IMG/VR virus record: IMGVR_UViG_3300044846_003573
DNA from: a virus
Lineage: Duplodnaviria > Caudoviricetes
Strand: one strand, 5' to 3'
Length of the DNA stretch: 64,000 nucleotides
The position numbers and the translations under genes were made by a program. The notes under the pieces were generated by a model that did not search any database, was not told the origin of the DNA, and saw only the letters and a program-made list of their open reading frames with translations. Below, piece by piece: positions 38,082 through 48,854 of this stretch. Within the stretch, counting starts at the first letter, position 1; each line of letters begins with the position of its first letter.

Positions 38082-38608
38082 TATTTTATAAATTTATTTA
38101 CTCTTCTTTCATTAGAGCGTCTAATTATTGTTAGCCCCGCTTCTGATACAGGTAATGTTAAAACATCCATATCAGGATAATTTTCTTTTAACCAGTCAAT
38201 CATTTTATATGAATCACCACAACGTAATTCGCTTAGATATTCTTCTGATATTGGGTCAGTATCGTGTAAAATTATCATACCAAATTCATTAAGTAATCTT
38301 AATGACAATTCAAAATCTTTTTTAACCGATTCAAAAGAATGGTCAGCGTCAATAAAAATAACATCGACCTTTTCATTAAAATTATTTAAAAATTCTTGAG
38401 TTGTTGATTGATGAAACTCACCAATATTTTTATGTATTCTGATATCTTTAATATCTACACCTATAACTCTAGGAACTATTTGGGCAACACTTGCCATAGT
38501 CATACCGTCGTAAATACCTAATTCTAAATAAGTCTGACAGTTAATTGATTTAACTAATTGAATGATTAAATCTGAATGATGGGATTTTCCATATGCGAAC
38601 ATAGACAT
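38081..38608 (-). CDS. class I SAM-dependent methyltransferase (Methyltransf_24-like)
   Basis: YLELGIYDG, VIGVDI, DVIFIDADHSFE, GMIILHDT. Confidence 0.85.
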   Translation of the reverse strand: MSMFAYGKSHHSDLIIQLVKSINCQTYLELGIYDGMTMASVAQIVPRVIGVDIKDIRIHKNIGEFHQSTTQEFLNNFNEKVDVIFIDADHSFESVKKDFELSLRLLNEFGMIILHDTDPISEEYLSELRCGDSYKMIDWLKENYPDMDVLTLPVSEAGLTIIRRSNERRVNKFIK

Positions 38609-38653
38609 ACTTTTTGTTTTAATTTATTATTGTTTATTTATATTTTTTTATGT

Positions 38654-39478
38654 TTAAAAAACAGGTATTGTTTCGGCTTTACATCCACCAAACCACCAAA
38701 TACATTCTGAAAATGTACTAAGACGATTACACACCAACATATCACATTTTGAAGCTATTAACATACTTGCGGCAGAATATTGCATCTGTGTAATGTTATC
38801 TGGTTTAGTATAAGTTATTACATTATAATCTTTTAAGTATTCCAAATACTCAGGTAAAACACTATCATTATCTGAAGTGAGAAAAATTGTTTTTACTTTT
38901 GGTAAGAATTTATCAATTGCGTTTTTATATGTTTCAAAATTATAATCTCGAATAACTCCATCACGAATACTTGTACAGTATGGTGGGTCAAATTTATGTG
39001 TCCACGTTCTTATTTGAATTGTTAGTAACGGATATTCAAAATTTTGCGAAATTCTATCAACCTCAGACAAAACTTCATTTTTCCATTTAATTTTACTAAT
39101 TCCATTTTGTATCCTGTCATACACTGTATCAGATATAAGTTTTCTATCAAAAAACCAATCAATTGAGTGTGTTGAAAACAAATAAGAAAGTTTTTTATTT
39201 GCAATATTTGGGTGGTCACCTAATGATTTTGCGTCATTAATTAAATCTGGTTGTTCACTTTCCTCTGATTTTAAAATAAGGAATCTTGCTGAAACAAATG
39301 ACTCCCCAAATTCATGTGTACCATGACAAATTAAACTATCATCTAAAATTTCATAATAATTAGCGTCAAAGTGAGCATCAAATCTTGGTAAGATATTAGT
39401 TTCCGCAATACTTAAAGCCGTGACAAAAGATTTAATAACATTACATAAACCTGATTTTATTTCTACTGTGAATTTCAT
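38654..39478 (-). CDS. fucosyltransferase-like GT-B protein (NodZ/GT23/O-FucT-like; likely start ATG 39478)
   Basis: SGLCN N-terminus, TIQIRTW, IFLTSDN, STFS motifs. Confidence 0.6.
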   Translation of the reverse strand: MKFTVEIKSGLCNVIKSFVTALSIAETNILPRFDAHFDANYYEILDDSLICHGTHEFGESFVSARFLILKSEESEQPDLINDAKSLGDHPNIANKKLSYLFSTHSIDWFFDRKLISDTVYDRIQNGISKIKWKNEVLSEVDRISQNFEYPLLTIQIRTWTHKFDPPYCTSIRDGVIRDYNFETYKNAIDKFLPKVKTIFLTSDNDSVLPEYLEYLKDYNVITYTKPDNITQMQYSAASMLIASKCDMLVCNRLSTFSECIWWFGGCKAETIPVF

Positions 39479-39485
39479 ATTTATT

Positions 39486-40409
39486 TTATTTAACAAATTC
39501 AGTAATTAAGTCTGTCCATTTTTCACGACAACGTTCTAAAGTATATTCTTTTGAATAATACTCTCGTGGTGAAAAAAGTTGTCGATTGCTGGTAACATAT
39601 CTTATTGTTTCAGGAAAATCTTCATCATTAGAAACTAATCCCCATGTTTTGTCATCTTGTCTATCTAAATAACACCCCATAGGTCTTGCAACCATCGGTA
39701 TATCACACGCACCTATCTCAATTCCCGCAAAATGACCTTCTTCATTTCCTGAGGTACAAATACCACACACTGATGAATTTATTAAAAGTCTAACTGTATT
39801 TGTGTCAACTCTGTTAAATATTCTTACTCTATTTCTATTATGTTCAGGAATTGCGTCAATAGTTGTATTATCTTTCATTACTAAACAAAAGTTAAAATCT
39901 GTCATTGTCTCAATAAGGTTTAAAACTCTATGAAATCCTTTTTTTTCGTAAGATGAATCACCTATGAATATAATTGAATTAGGTAAAACATCAGGATGTC
40001 TTTCAGGGATAGGTTTAAAAAAATTAAAGTCAGATGATTGTTCAATTACTCTTACATTTTTTGGATTAATTCTTTCTTTATAAAGATTATACGTTTGTTT
40101 AGAAGCAAAAACTACACAAGTACATGAATTTATAACTTCAGTTTGCATTGGATTATCCATAGTATCTTGTATCAGACAAAATGTTGGGACATCGATATTA
40201 AGTTTACGAAAATAACTTCCGTTTCTAATTATATAATCGGGACGCTCTCTAATAGATTCTATTTTATTTGCTAATATTGCGTAACTTGTATGTCCGTCGC
40301 ATTTATCTTGAAGACCTGGAAACCATTCTAATAGGTCATGCCAAAATGTTCTTGTATTTGGGATACACGTAAGTGTATCGTTAACTAACCACCCAATTTT
40401 ATTATCCAT
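39486..40409 (-). CDS. GT4-like glycosyltransferase
   Basis: FIGDSSYEKKG, EEGHFAGIEIGACDIPMV (Ex7E). Confidence 0.7.
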   Translation of the reverse strand: MDNKIGWLVNDTLTCIPNTRTFWHDLLEWFPGLQDKCDGHTSYAILANKIESIRERPDYIIRNGSYFRKLNIDVPTFCLIQDTMDNPMQTEVINSCTCVVFASKQTYNLYKERINPKNVRVIEQSSDFNFFKPIPERHPDVLPNSIIFIGDSSYEKKGFHRVLNLIETMTDFNFCLVMKDNTTIDAIPEHNRNRVRIFNRVDTNTVRLLINSSVCGICTSGNEEGHFAGIEIGACDIPMVARPMGCYLDRQDDKTWGLVSNDEDFPETIRYVTSNRQLFSPREYYSKEYTLERCREKWTDLITEFVK

Positions 40410-40417
40410 AATTTATT

Positions 40418-41389
40418 TTATTTTTTATAAATGTTTAACCAATAATCAATCATTTCATCCATCATTGTCTCAAAACTATATTCAGGACTCCATCCTAAAG
40501 ACCTAATTTTACTTGAATCACCTTTAAGGTATGGTAATTCTTCAGGACGTAAAAACTTATCATTTTGAATGACATAGTCTTTATAATTTAAATTTAATTT
40601 ACTAAAAACATATTCACACATATCTCTAACTGACCTTGATTCCCCAGTTGCAACAACTAAATCAACTGGTTTATCCTGTTGTAATATTAAATGCATTGCT
40701 TTTACATAATCTTTGGAGTGACCCCAATCCCTGTATGAGTCCATATTACCAAGTTCTAATTTATCTGATAACCCTAAACTTATCATCACCGCAGCTTTAA
40801 CTACTTTATTAGTAACAAAATTAGAACCTCTACGAGGAGATTCATGATTGAATAAAATACCATTGTTGGCATGTAAATTATATGCGTTTCTATAATTTCG
40901 AACAATGTTATACCCAAATACTTTACTACACCCATATGGTGAAACTGGATTCATGTGAGTTGTTTCTCTTTGGTATCCATCAGGGTCTACCGAACTTCCA
41001 AACATTTCCGAACTACTTGCTTGGTAAAATTTCGCATTAGGACAAATTCTACGATAAGCATCTAAAATATTTAAAACACCTAAAGAATTAACTTGTGATG
41101 TAAATTGTGGAATATCGTAACTAATACGTACATGACTTTGAGCCGCTAAATTGTATATCTCATCAGGTTGTATTTCATTTAATAATCGTTCAATGTTGGA
41201 TTGGTCTAACAAGTCACCATAATATATATTTATTTTGTCTCGTATTTCGTCAAGTCTACTTTGTTGGTGTTCAGGTGTAGAATTTCTTCTTATAATACCA
41301 TGAACTTCATATCCTAATGATAAAAGATATTCCGCTAGATATGACCCATCTTGGCCACCTACACCGGTTATAAATGCACGTTTAATCAT
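40418..41389 (-). CDS. gmd: GDP-mannose 4,6-dehydratase
   Basis: AFITGVGGQDGSYLAE, YNLAAQSHV, QASSSEMFG, SPYGCSK, GILFNHESPRRG, RDWGHSKDYV. Confidence 0.96.
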   Translation of the reverse strand: MIKRAFITGVGGQDGSYLAEYLLSLGYEVHGIIRRNSTPEHQQSRLDEIRDKINIYYGDLLDQSNIERLLNEIQPDEIYNLAAQSHVRISYDIPQFTSQVNSLGVLNILDAYRRICPNAKFYQASSSEMFGSSVDPDGYQRETTHMNPVSPYGCSKVFGYNIVRNYRNAYNLHANNGILFNHESPRRGSNFVTNKVVKAAVMISLGLSDKLELGNMDSYRDWGHSKDYVKAMHLILQQDKPVDLVVATGESRSVRDMCEYVFSKLNLNYKDYVIQNDKFLRPEELPYLKGDSSKIRSLGWSPEYSFETMMDEMIDYWLNIYKK

Positions 41390-41398
41390 ATTTTATTT

Positions 41399-42007
41399 TT
41401 AACTTTTAAAAAAATTCATTTTAGTCAAATCTGGCCAATCCTCATATCTCCATTTTCTAGGATTTGTATTAATAGCATTAGACAATTTATCTAATCCTAA
41501 TTTGGCGGTCTCAGGAGTCATGTAATAATGGTAACCCATTGTGTCAATATTTTGTTCTCTCCATGGGATGTTGGGTAATCTACCATCATAACTCATTTTT
41601 TTTAACTGAATAGCATCTTGTTCGTTGTCCAAAAGAATCATCCCTCCTCTACCTAAACTTAAATGTTTTTGAAATTGAAAACTTAAACACATATATGTGT
41701 TTGGTATATAACTGTCTTTTTTCCACAATACCGCTGCGTCAATTATTCTTTTTTCTTCGTAATTTAAAGTGTAATAATCTTCCCATTTTTCATCTCTCCA
41801 ATCTAATCCAATTCCCAATTTTTTAGACAACATGGGTACGGACAAATAAGTTCTTAATGGGACATTAATTTTAGTAGCATTTGTTAATCTTAAACATAAT
41901 TCAATACCATGTGTACAACTATCTACAGCAACTGCGTAAGGTGCATTGTAAAATTGTGATATCCTTTTTTCAAATTCTGTCACAATATCCATATTTACTT
42001 GTTCCAT
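41399..42007 (-). CDS. short DegT/DnrJ-family PLP sugar aminotransferase
   Basis: AVAVDSCTHG, IIDAA, SFQFQKHL (PLP Lys), GGMIL, GYHYYM. Confidence 0.8.
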   Translation of the reverse strand: MEQVNMDIVTEFEKRISQFYNAPYAVAVDSCTHGIELCLRLTNATKINVPLRTYLSVPMLSKKLGIGLDWRDEKWEDYYTLNYEEKRIIDAAVLWKKDSYIPNTYMCLSFQFQKHLSLGRGGMILLDNEQDAIQLKKMSYDGRLPNIPWREQNIDTMGYHYYMTPETAKLGLDKLSNAINTNPRKWRYEDWPDLTKMNFFKS

Positions 42008-42011
42008 AAGA

Positions 42012-42536
42012 TTAGTAATTATATCCTAATTTTTTTGCGTTGTAAAGTATTTTTGTACTATCTATTTTTTTAACTAAAACTGCGGGATTTCCTTTATATA
42101 CCCCCCATTCTTCAGTATCTCCCATTAATAAACTACCTGCGGATAATAGAACACCACGTCTTAATCTTGAGCCGGGTAATACAATAGAATTTGTTCCGAT
42201 ATTAGAAAATTCTTCAATAAGAACAGGTTTAATTATTTGAGTACCTTTTAATTCTTCAGGTATCATCGCACCAAATAATCCACTATCATCAAATCTATCT
42301 GAACCACATACAATTCTAGCTCCGGCCATTATGTTATTAAACCCTTTGGCCGTAAAATCTGAGTTTTTACCACCTATAATTGTTACATAAGGACTAATAT
42401 GTGTATAATCACCAATATGTAATTTTGTTGTACAATAAAATCCTTTATCTATTGCAACATGACTACCTATAACACAATTATTTTTTTCTTTTATTATTAT
42501 ATCTAAATCTAAAACAACATCATCACCTATTTTCAT
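42012..42536 (-). CDS. hexapeptide-repeat sugar acyltransferase
   Basis: IGDDVV/IGSHVAI/IGDYTHI repeats; IGTNSIVLPG; GNPAV. Confidence 0.85.
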   Translation of the reverse strand: MKIGDDVVLDLDIIIKEKNNCVIGSHVAIDKGFYCTTKLHIGDYTHISPYVTIIGGKNSDFTAKGFNNIMAGARIVCGSDRFDDSGLFGAMIPEELKGTQIIKPVLIEEFSNIGTNSIVLPGSRLRRGVLLSAGSLLMGDTEEWGVYKGNPAVLVKKIDSTKILYNAKKLGYNY

Positions 42537-42946
42537 TAGATAAAAGTTTTATCAATGGTTTGACCAAAATACGGCCCTGTTTTATATTCGTATACTATAG
42601 TATCATCTTCTAAAATCAAATAATTGTGTCCACCATTGAATGTAAAACTAATGTCTCCTGCGGACAATATTGGTTCCGCAATTATATTATCATCAATGTC
42701 ATAAAAAATACATTGTACCTTTCCTTTTATAACACACCAGCTTTCTTGAGGTATATAATTTTCATCATGTCTTGGGATTATATTATGTTTGTGAGGTTTA
42801 AATGTATGTCCTTTAGATAATTTTAAACTCGCACATTGTAAATAATTTTTATCTACACTTAAATCGGTGCGTTCAGAAATAACATCAGATAATCTTACAA
42901 CTTGATGAAGAAGTTCACCATTAATTTTAGAATATATTTTTTCCAT
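42536..42946 (-). CDS. cupin-fold sugar isomerase-like protein
   Basis: PHKH...QESWCVIKG...GGHNY...YEYKTGPY. Confidence 0.7.
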   Translation of the reverse strand: MEKIYSKINGELLHQVVRLSDVISERTDLSVDKNYLQCASLKLSKGHTFKPHKHNIIPRHDENYIPQESWCVIKGKVQCIFYDIDDNIIAEPILSAGDISFTFNGGHNYLILEDDTIVYEYKTGPYFGQTIDKTFI

Positions 42947-42947
42947 A

Positions 42948-43826
42948 TTACATTTGTTGTAGTTTATTATATATAATATTTTTTAATTTTTGTTTAAATT
43001 CAAAATACCATTCATTTATTTTTGTTATTTCATAATCAGGATTTAATAAAATATTATTATAAACATTAATAATTTCATCCCAATCATTAACAATTGGGAT
43101 TGGGTTTTCCCCAAAAATGTTTTCAAAATAGTTATTTCCACTATATTTTTTTATAATAGGAATTGACCCTGATTCTAATACTTCACAAATTCTAAACGTA
43201 TCAAAATTAATGTTACCCATTGGACATGGAACTAATAAAGTTGAGGAATAAATTTCACCCATTTCGGTTGAATTAATTGATGTTGGACAATTCCATCCTT
43301 TAGTAATATGAATGAAAACTTTATTAAATTTTGAAATTTGTGTGACTACATTGAATCTATCTTGTTTTAATTGTCCAATAAAACAAAAATTATATTTTTT
43401 TTGATTAAATTTAAGATAATTTTGATTTTTATTTTTAATTCCTGATTTATATCCTAAAGGTACTGTTATAACATTTTGTTTATTAATTTTTGGGTCATAA
43501 TAATTTCTTATTACTACATTAGCATAATCATAATAGTCACAATTATGATTTAATTGTTCATTTGAAATGTGGAATAAATTAAACTTTATACCTTTATTTT
43601 TATAATTTTCAAAATAATCTCTAATATCTTTATTTAATTCACGGTCATCTGATGAGTATATTATTAAAGAGTTCTCAATAAAAACGTCTAAATTACCTGA
43701 AATTAATTTAACATCAATTTCAAATTCGGATAATAAATCATTTAAAATATAATTATATTCCCACCCTTTTAACGCTTCTTCTAAAGTTGCGGATATTATT
43801 CCGATTACGGTTAGTTTTTTTTTCAC
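42948..43826 (-). CDS. exostosin/GT47-like glycosyltransferase
   Basis: VPLGY, FCFIGQ, LVPCPMGN...DTFRICEVLESGSIPII. Confidence 0.65.
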   Translation of the reverse strand: MKKKLTVIGIISATLEEALKGWEYNYILNDLLSEFEIDVKLISGNLDVFIENSLIIYSSDDRELNKDIRDYFENYKNKGIKFNLFHISNEQLNHNCDYYDYANVVIRNYYDPKINKQNVITVPLGYKSGIKNKNQNYLKFNQKKYNFCFIGQLKQDRFNVVTQISKFNKVFIHITKGWNCPTSINSTEMGEIYSSTLLVPCPMGNINFDTFRICEVLESGSIPIIKKYSGNNYFENIFGENPIPIVNDWDEIINVYNNILLNPDYEITKINEWYFEFKQKLKNIIYNKLQQM

Positions 43827-43850
43827 TATTTTTTATTTTTTATTCATTAT

Positions 43851-44576
43851 TTATTCATCTTTTTCACCTTCTTGTATGTGATAAACTAATGAGTCAAATA
43901 CTGTAACATGTCTCATCCCATAAGTCGCTTCTAATTTTCTAAAATACCAATCATCCCCACTTTGAACAAACCCATTTAAAGTACCAACTCCATCAGTATA
44001 AATGTTACCTTCAGGATACATACCACTCTCAATAAATCGGTTCTTTTCAAATATACATGGCATGTATAAACCACCTGAGTATGCATTATCTTCTCTCATT
44101 GACGTGTTAACTTTTTCCCATAGTTCGTAGTCAATTTTTTTAGGACTTTTTCCACAGTCTATACTAATACCATAAGTCCCACTTCTCATTTTACCACTTT
44201 CAACTAATCTTGATGTCGGTATATTAATACCATCATGATGTTTTAATAAATTTTCAAGCCATCCATCACTAAACACCATATCTGAATTAACAAAACAAAT
44301 ATTATCATATTCACTAGTTTTACCTGCAAAATTCCAACACCTATAAACTCGATTTAAATAATAATCATTTGGTTTTGGGTCGTTATATATTGTATACGGA
44401 ATATCTAAAGTTTTTAATTTATCTAAAATTTTTTCTGTTGCATCATTTGCAACAATTCTTACATTAATATCCCACCCATCAACTTTACATTTACTACTTT
44501 TTAGTTCATTGTAAATTAATTCGAGATAGTCAATTGACTTAAAAATCAATGAGATTATTTCAATATTTTTTTTCAT
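43851..44576 (-). CDS. GT2-like glycosyltransferase
   Basis: CWNFAG, ICFVNSDMVFSDGWLENL, GDDWYF. Confidence 0.7.
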   Translation of the reverse strand: MKKNIEIISLIFKSIDYLELIYNELKSSKCKVDGWDINVRIVANDATEKILDKLKTLDIPYTIYNDPKPNDYYLNRVYRCWNFAGKTSEYDNICFVNSDMVFSDGWLENLLKHHDGINIPTSRLVESGKMRSGTYGISIDCGKSPKKIDYELWEKVNTSMREDNAYSGGLYMPCIFEKNRFIESGMYPEGNIYTDGVGTLNGFVQSGDDWYFRKLEATYGMRHVTVFDSLVYHIQEGEKDE

Positions 44577-44580
44577 ATGT

Positions 44581-45369
44581 TTAATTTTTATAAAAAAAGT
44601 TAGGATATAATTCTAAAAATTTATCCATAGATTTTGGTTTATCATTTGTTATATCAACAATTTCTTTTTTGGCGTAATCATCAGTACGATTCCATAAATC
44701 AATTTGATTTTTCATTTTATACTCAATGTCAGATGGATTACCAACACTATTAATAATTAATGAAGATTCTGCGATATTCTCAACTTTATACCTAACTCTA
44801 TCAGGCCCTCCCATAAAACTATAATGCCATCCACCATGAAATTTACTATTATAACCACTTCTCCCAGTATTTCTTAATTGTTGGGGTGATTGGAAACTGC
44901 CATAATTTGCCATAATAGGGCCATCCCATAAACAGTTTTGTTTACAATTAACGTAATAATAATATAAATTTTGTTTAAATGTTACCCATTGATTATTTTC
45001 AATATTACTAACAATTAAGTCGGTATTTGGGATTTCATCTAAATCTGAAACAATTATTTTATCTCCTTCAGATGCATGGTCAACTAAACCTCTCATTATA
45101 CAATTTCTTTGGTAATTTTCGGGTATCCAAATATTATCAGGAGAATAAGTTGGTAAATCCTCAACTTTAACATGTATTATTTTATGAAGATATTCTTTAA
45201 AAATTTCTTTATTTTTCTCAAAAAGAAATTCTTTTGGATTTCCTGTATGTGTTTTGTTGGATTCAACTAATACAAAATAATCTACAACAGGATTTAATTC
45301 CATTAATCGTAGATGTAATAATTCTATTTCATTAAAAAATTTAAAACAGTCAAATATTTTTTTAGCCAT
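44581..45369 (-). CDS. GT17-like beta-1,4-N-acetylglucosaminyltransferase
   Basis: IFDCFKFFNEIELL, VLVESNKTHTG, ENYQRN, IVSDLDEIP, GGWHYSF. Confidence 0.85.
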   Translation of the reverse strand: MAKKIFDCFKFFNEIELLHLRLMELNPVVDYFVLVESNKTHTGNPKEFLFEKNKEIFKEYLHKIIHVKVEDLPTYSPDNIWIPENYQRNCIMRGLVDHASEGDKIIVSDLDEIPNTDLIVSNIENNQWVTFKQNLYYYYVNCKQNCLWDGPIMANYGSFQSPQQLRNTGRSGYNSKFHGGWHYSFMGGPDRVRYKVENIAESSLIINSVGNPSDIEYKMKNQIDLWNRTDDYAKKEIVDITNDKPKSMDKFLELYPNFFYKN

Positions 45370-46165
45370 TATTTATCGAGTATTTATTTTCAAGTTTAGT
45401 CACATAATTGAATAAGTAATTATTTTTATTCCACATTTCCCAAAATTTATTATCCATGTTTACTCTATTTGTTACTGTTGCATTTTTATCATTTCCGTAA
45501 TGCCATAAATGAAGAGCAACAAAATCATCAATAAACCTGACATTTAATTTAAGACGAATTCTATGTATAAATTCATCATCATCAAACGCTACTCCAGTTG
45601 CGAATCTTTCGTCAAATCCTCCTAATTCTTTTAAATCTTTTTTAGTTATTGCGGTACAAAAATGATAAGATTTTGGTCGATATAATGAATGATTATACCA
45701 TCCTTCATCACCATCATTAACTACTGATATTTTTTTATATGTTGAGGGGTTAATAAATGATTTAAAATCATTAAGTTGTAACACTGCCGATGTTTGAATT
45801 TCACTTAAAGAATAACAAGCAAATGATAAATAATCATTATCAATTAAATTTTCGTTTACAAAATTTAAAATATCATCTGAATGTAAACATTCAGGATTTT
45901 GTATAATAATTTTATCACCTGATACATGGTTAAATCCAACGTTAAAAGGAACACATGGATTTACATACCATTTATCTTTTTTTTCTAATCTAACAATTTT
46001 TAAAAAAGGAAATTTGTCTACCAAATCTTCTAATCTCTCATCTTCGTGACTACAGTCATCGACAGCGATAACTTCAAAATCAGTAAAACTACTTTTTTTA
46101 AAACTTTCTAATGTTTTAATAAATATTTTTTTTCGATTGTGATATGCGGTAACAATAGAAATCAT
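45362..46165 (-). CDS. GT2 glycosyltransferase
   Basis: ISIVTAYHNR, IAVDDCS, FNVGF, GGFDERF...FDDDEF, HLWH. Confidence 0.85.
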   Translation of the reverse strand: MISIVTAYHNRKKIFIKTLESFKKSSFTDFEVIAVDDCSHEDERLEDLVDKFPFLKIVRLEKKDKWYVNPCVPFNVGFNHVSGDKIIIQNPECLHSDDILNFVNENLIDNDYLSFACYSLSEIQTSAVLQLNDFKSFINPSTYKKISVVNDGDEGWYNHSLYRPKSYHFCTAITKKDLKELGGFDERFATGVAFDDDEFIHRIRLKLNVRFIDDFVALHLWHYGNDKNATVTNRVNMDNKFWEMWNKNNYLFNYVTKLENKYSINNG

Positions 46166-47220
46166 AATTTTTCTTTTAATATTTCAATAATTTTGTCTGA
46201 TGTTTTACCATCTCCTAACCAATCTGTGTTTGAGTTATAATTTGACAGATAATTAAATGACTCAATCCACGAAACATCTAATTCATTTACATTAATCATA
46301 TATGAACATCCGGATTCAACCGATTCAGGTCTTTCAGTGAAATCTCTTGGGACAATAACTGGAGTATTAAATAAACAAGGTTCTTCTTGAGCTGTACCTG
46401 AATCTGAAATTATAAACTTAGAATGGTACATTTCATTTATATAATTTTTAAAAGATAATAAATCAATTACTTTAATATTTTCTAAATCTAAATTAAATTC
46501 GGATATTTTATCAATAGTTCTTTTAAATGATAACATTTCAACAGGTATCCCAAATCTTTGGGAACAAATATTAGCATAGTTTAATATGTTTTTTAAACGT
46601 TCCTTACTATTAAAATTTTCAGGTCTATGAATATCTAAAATTATTTTATTATTTTTTTTAGATTTATTTAATTCTATTTTATTTGCAACCTCTTTAATTG
46701 TATTTCCTACAACATAAATTGATTTTGGATTAATTGATTCTCTAATCAATTTTTCTTTGTAATTATCATGATAAACAAACAAAAGGTCGCTACAATGGTC
46801 ACAAACAATTCTATTAATTTCTTCAAGCATTCTTTTATCACCAGACCTCATACCTGCCTCAATGTGGGCGATTTTATACCCCTCTTTTTTAAGAGGTACC
46901 GATGCTAAAGCCGAATTTGAATCACCTAAAAAAATTATTAAATCAGGATTTATATTTTCATTACGAATTAAGTCAATAATTTTAACAGATAAATCAGCTT
47001 GTTGATGAAAATGTTCTTTTCCTTTTGAGCCGATTTCTAAATTAAAATCAGGTTTACGTATTGATAACTCATCAAAAAATACATCGGATAACATTTTATC
47101 ATAATGTTGTCCTGTATGTATTAATATATGATTAAAATTGTTATCTAATTTTTTAAAAATTTCAGACATTCTTATAAAATCGGGTCTAATACCGGTGATA
47201 GTTATAATTGTTTTTTTCAT
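46162..47220 (-). CDS. wecB: UDP-N-acetylglucosamine 2-epimerase (non-hydrolysing)
   Basis: GIRPDFIRM, HTGQHYD, LGDSNS, HIEAGMRS, EEINR, HRPEN, SDSGTAQEE, ERPE. Confidence 0.93.
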   Translation of the reverse strand: MKKTIITITGIRPDFIRMSEIFKKLDNNFNHILIHTGQHYDKMLSDVFFDELSIRKPDFNLEIGSKGKEHFHQQADLSVKIIDLIRNENINPDLIIFLGDSNSALASVPLKKEGYKIAHIEAGMRSGDKRMLEEINRIVCDHCSDLLFVYHDNYKEKLIRESINPKSIYVVGNTIKEVANKIELNKSKKNNKIILDIHRPENFNSKERLKNILNYANICSQRFGIPVEMLSFKRTIDKISEFNLDLENIKVIDLLSFKNYINEMYHSKFIISDSGTAQEEPCLFNTPVIVPRDFTERPESVESGCSYMINVNELDVSWIESFNYLSNYNSNTDWLGDGKTSDKIIEILKEKL

Positions 47221-48854
47221 TTGTTTAATAATTCTATATATTTCTTTTTAATAAATTTTGAAACTTCAGAAGATTTAAATTTTTCTAAATCATCGGGTAC
47301 ATTATATAATTTTTTATTAATAATATTACCATAATTGTCTACATTATAAATCCAACCTGATTTACCACACATCCAACCTTCAATGGTAGTTCTACCTAAT
47401 AAAATACCTGCAGTTTCTGTACATTTGTGAATATATTTATCAACTTCTAACGTTGGTGGGAAATGTTTAACATGTGAATTTTTTAATAAATTGGTTAAAT
47501 ATGTGTCTTTATTTTCACCGACTAACCAAAGTTCTTTATTTTCTTCTTTTGATAACGTTACTAAATCATATATTGTATTTTTCCTCAGGTAATCGATAGA
47601 ACCAACAAACAAAATATAATTTTCAGACTTTAAATTTTTATTATAAAATTTAGTTTCATCAATTGGATTGTAAGTTATGTCTACAATATCTTCCGAAATA
47701 TTAAAATTAGTAATAATATGTTTTTTAATTTCAGGACGTATTGCAATGTATTTTTTAATACTATTGTGAATTACAGGATTTTCAAGTTCAATTACTTCAG
47801 AATGAATTGTACAAATTTTATCAATCGTTGGATATAACATATTCATAATATCAACAATTGGTTTATGTTGACAATGAATGATATCAAAATGAGGGGTATC
47901 TACTTGATAAAATTTGTTTGGAACTGAAGGTTCAGGGCCTCTTTCAGTCATTGTTACCCATTTACCATCTCCCATTTTAAAACCTGGTGTATCTTTAATG
48001 TTTTTAACTTTAATACCTAATTTAGTTGCCATTAAAACCAAAGGCCCATTTGTTTCAGACGCAACCACAGTCACATCACAATTCTGTTTTACTAAATTTT
48101 TTGCCAATTCAAAAACATACATTTCAGAACCTGTAAATTTTTGGAAAAACAAACAACTAATTAAAACTTTTAATTTATTATTTTCGGTAAATTTTATTTT
48201 TTTAGGTAAGTATTCTGAGTATTTTTCAACAAAAAGTTTTCTATTATCTTCCCATTTTTGATTGGTCATACCTATTGATTTGTGAGTAATACGAATATTA
48301 GTTAACACACCAATTTTTACCCCTTCAATATTGTTTTTAAAACAAAAATTCACATCATACATGTGAAAACCATCAACGGTTTCATCAAACTTAGATTTAA
48401 TTTTTTGTTTATTTAATGCTATAAAAACACCATCAACAACCACAACTTCTCTTATATCATTACCTAATGAATCAGAATATTTTGATTCCCATTTTTTACC
48501 TTCAGATTCATGATTGACTATCCCAAACATTTTTGTACGGTCTTCCCACCACATTCCACTTTTAGGCATTTCAGTTGTGCCTGCCATACCTAAAATTCCA
48601 AAATCATCATTTCTTTCAAATTGTTTAACTAATTTTGAAGCCCAATTTGACGTGTCAAAATAAATATCGTCATGACATAATACAACAATATCAAAAATTG
48701 ATTCTGAAATTATTTCATTATAAACTTCTGAAAGATTTTTTTCACCGTTATTAACTTTCTCAATAATTTGTACCTTTGGATGACCTGAAGATTTTTTTAG
48801 ATACTCTTGAAATTGAGGATTAGAATTTCTTGTACTATATCCAATTGTTATCAT
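47217..48854 (-). CDS. two-domain glycosyltransferase (GT2-like N-terminal + GT4-like C-terminal)
   Basis: YNEII...VLCHDDIYF...FHMYDVNFC; then TGSEMYVFELAK...GRTTIEGWMCG. Confidence 0.75.
   Translation of the reverse strand: MITIGYSTRNSNPQFQEYLKKSSGHPKVQIIEKVNNGEKNLSEVYNEIISESIFDIVVLCHDDIYFDTSNWASKLVKQFERNDDFGILGMAGTTEMPKSGMWWEDRTKMFGIVNHESEGKKWESKYSDSLGNDIREVVVVDGVFIALNKQKIKSKFDETVDGFHMYDVNFCFKNNIEGVKIGVLTNIRITHKSIGMTNQKWEDNRKLFVEKYSEYLPKKIKFTENNKLKVLISCLFFQKFTGSEMYVFELAKNLVKQNCDVTVVASETNGPLVLMATKLGIKVKNIKDTPGFKMGDGKWVTMTERGPEPSVPNKFYQVDTPHFDIIHCQHKPIVDIMNMLYPTIDKICTIHSEVIELENPVIHNSIKKYIAIRPEIKKHIITNFNISEDIVDITYNPIDETKFYNKNLKSENYILFVGSIDYLRKNTIYDLVTLSKEENKELWLVGENKDTYLTNLLKNSHVKHFPPTLEVDKYIHKCTETAGILLGRTTIEGWMCGKSGWIYNVDNYGNIINKKLYNVPDDLEKFKSSEVSKFIKKKYIELLNK

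Noticed and set aside
38635-38641. TATTTAT on the plus strand inside the minus-strand sugar operon (reads TATAAATA on the sense strand)
   Set aside because: Opposite orientation to the other instances and in a very AT-rich spacer; probably chance
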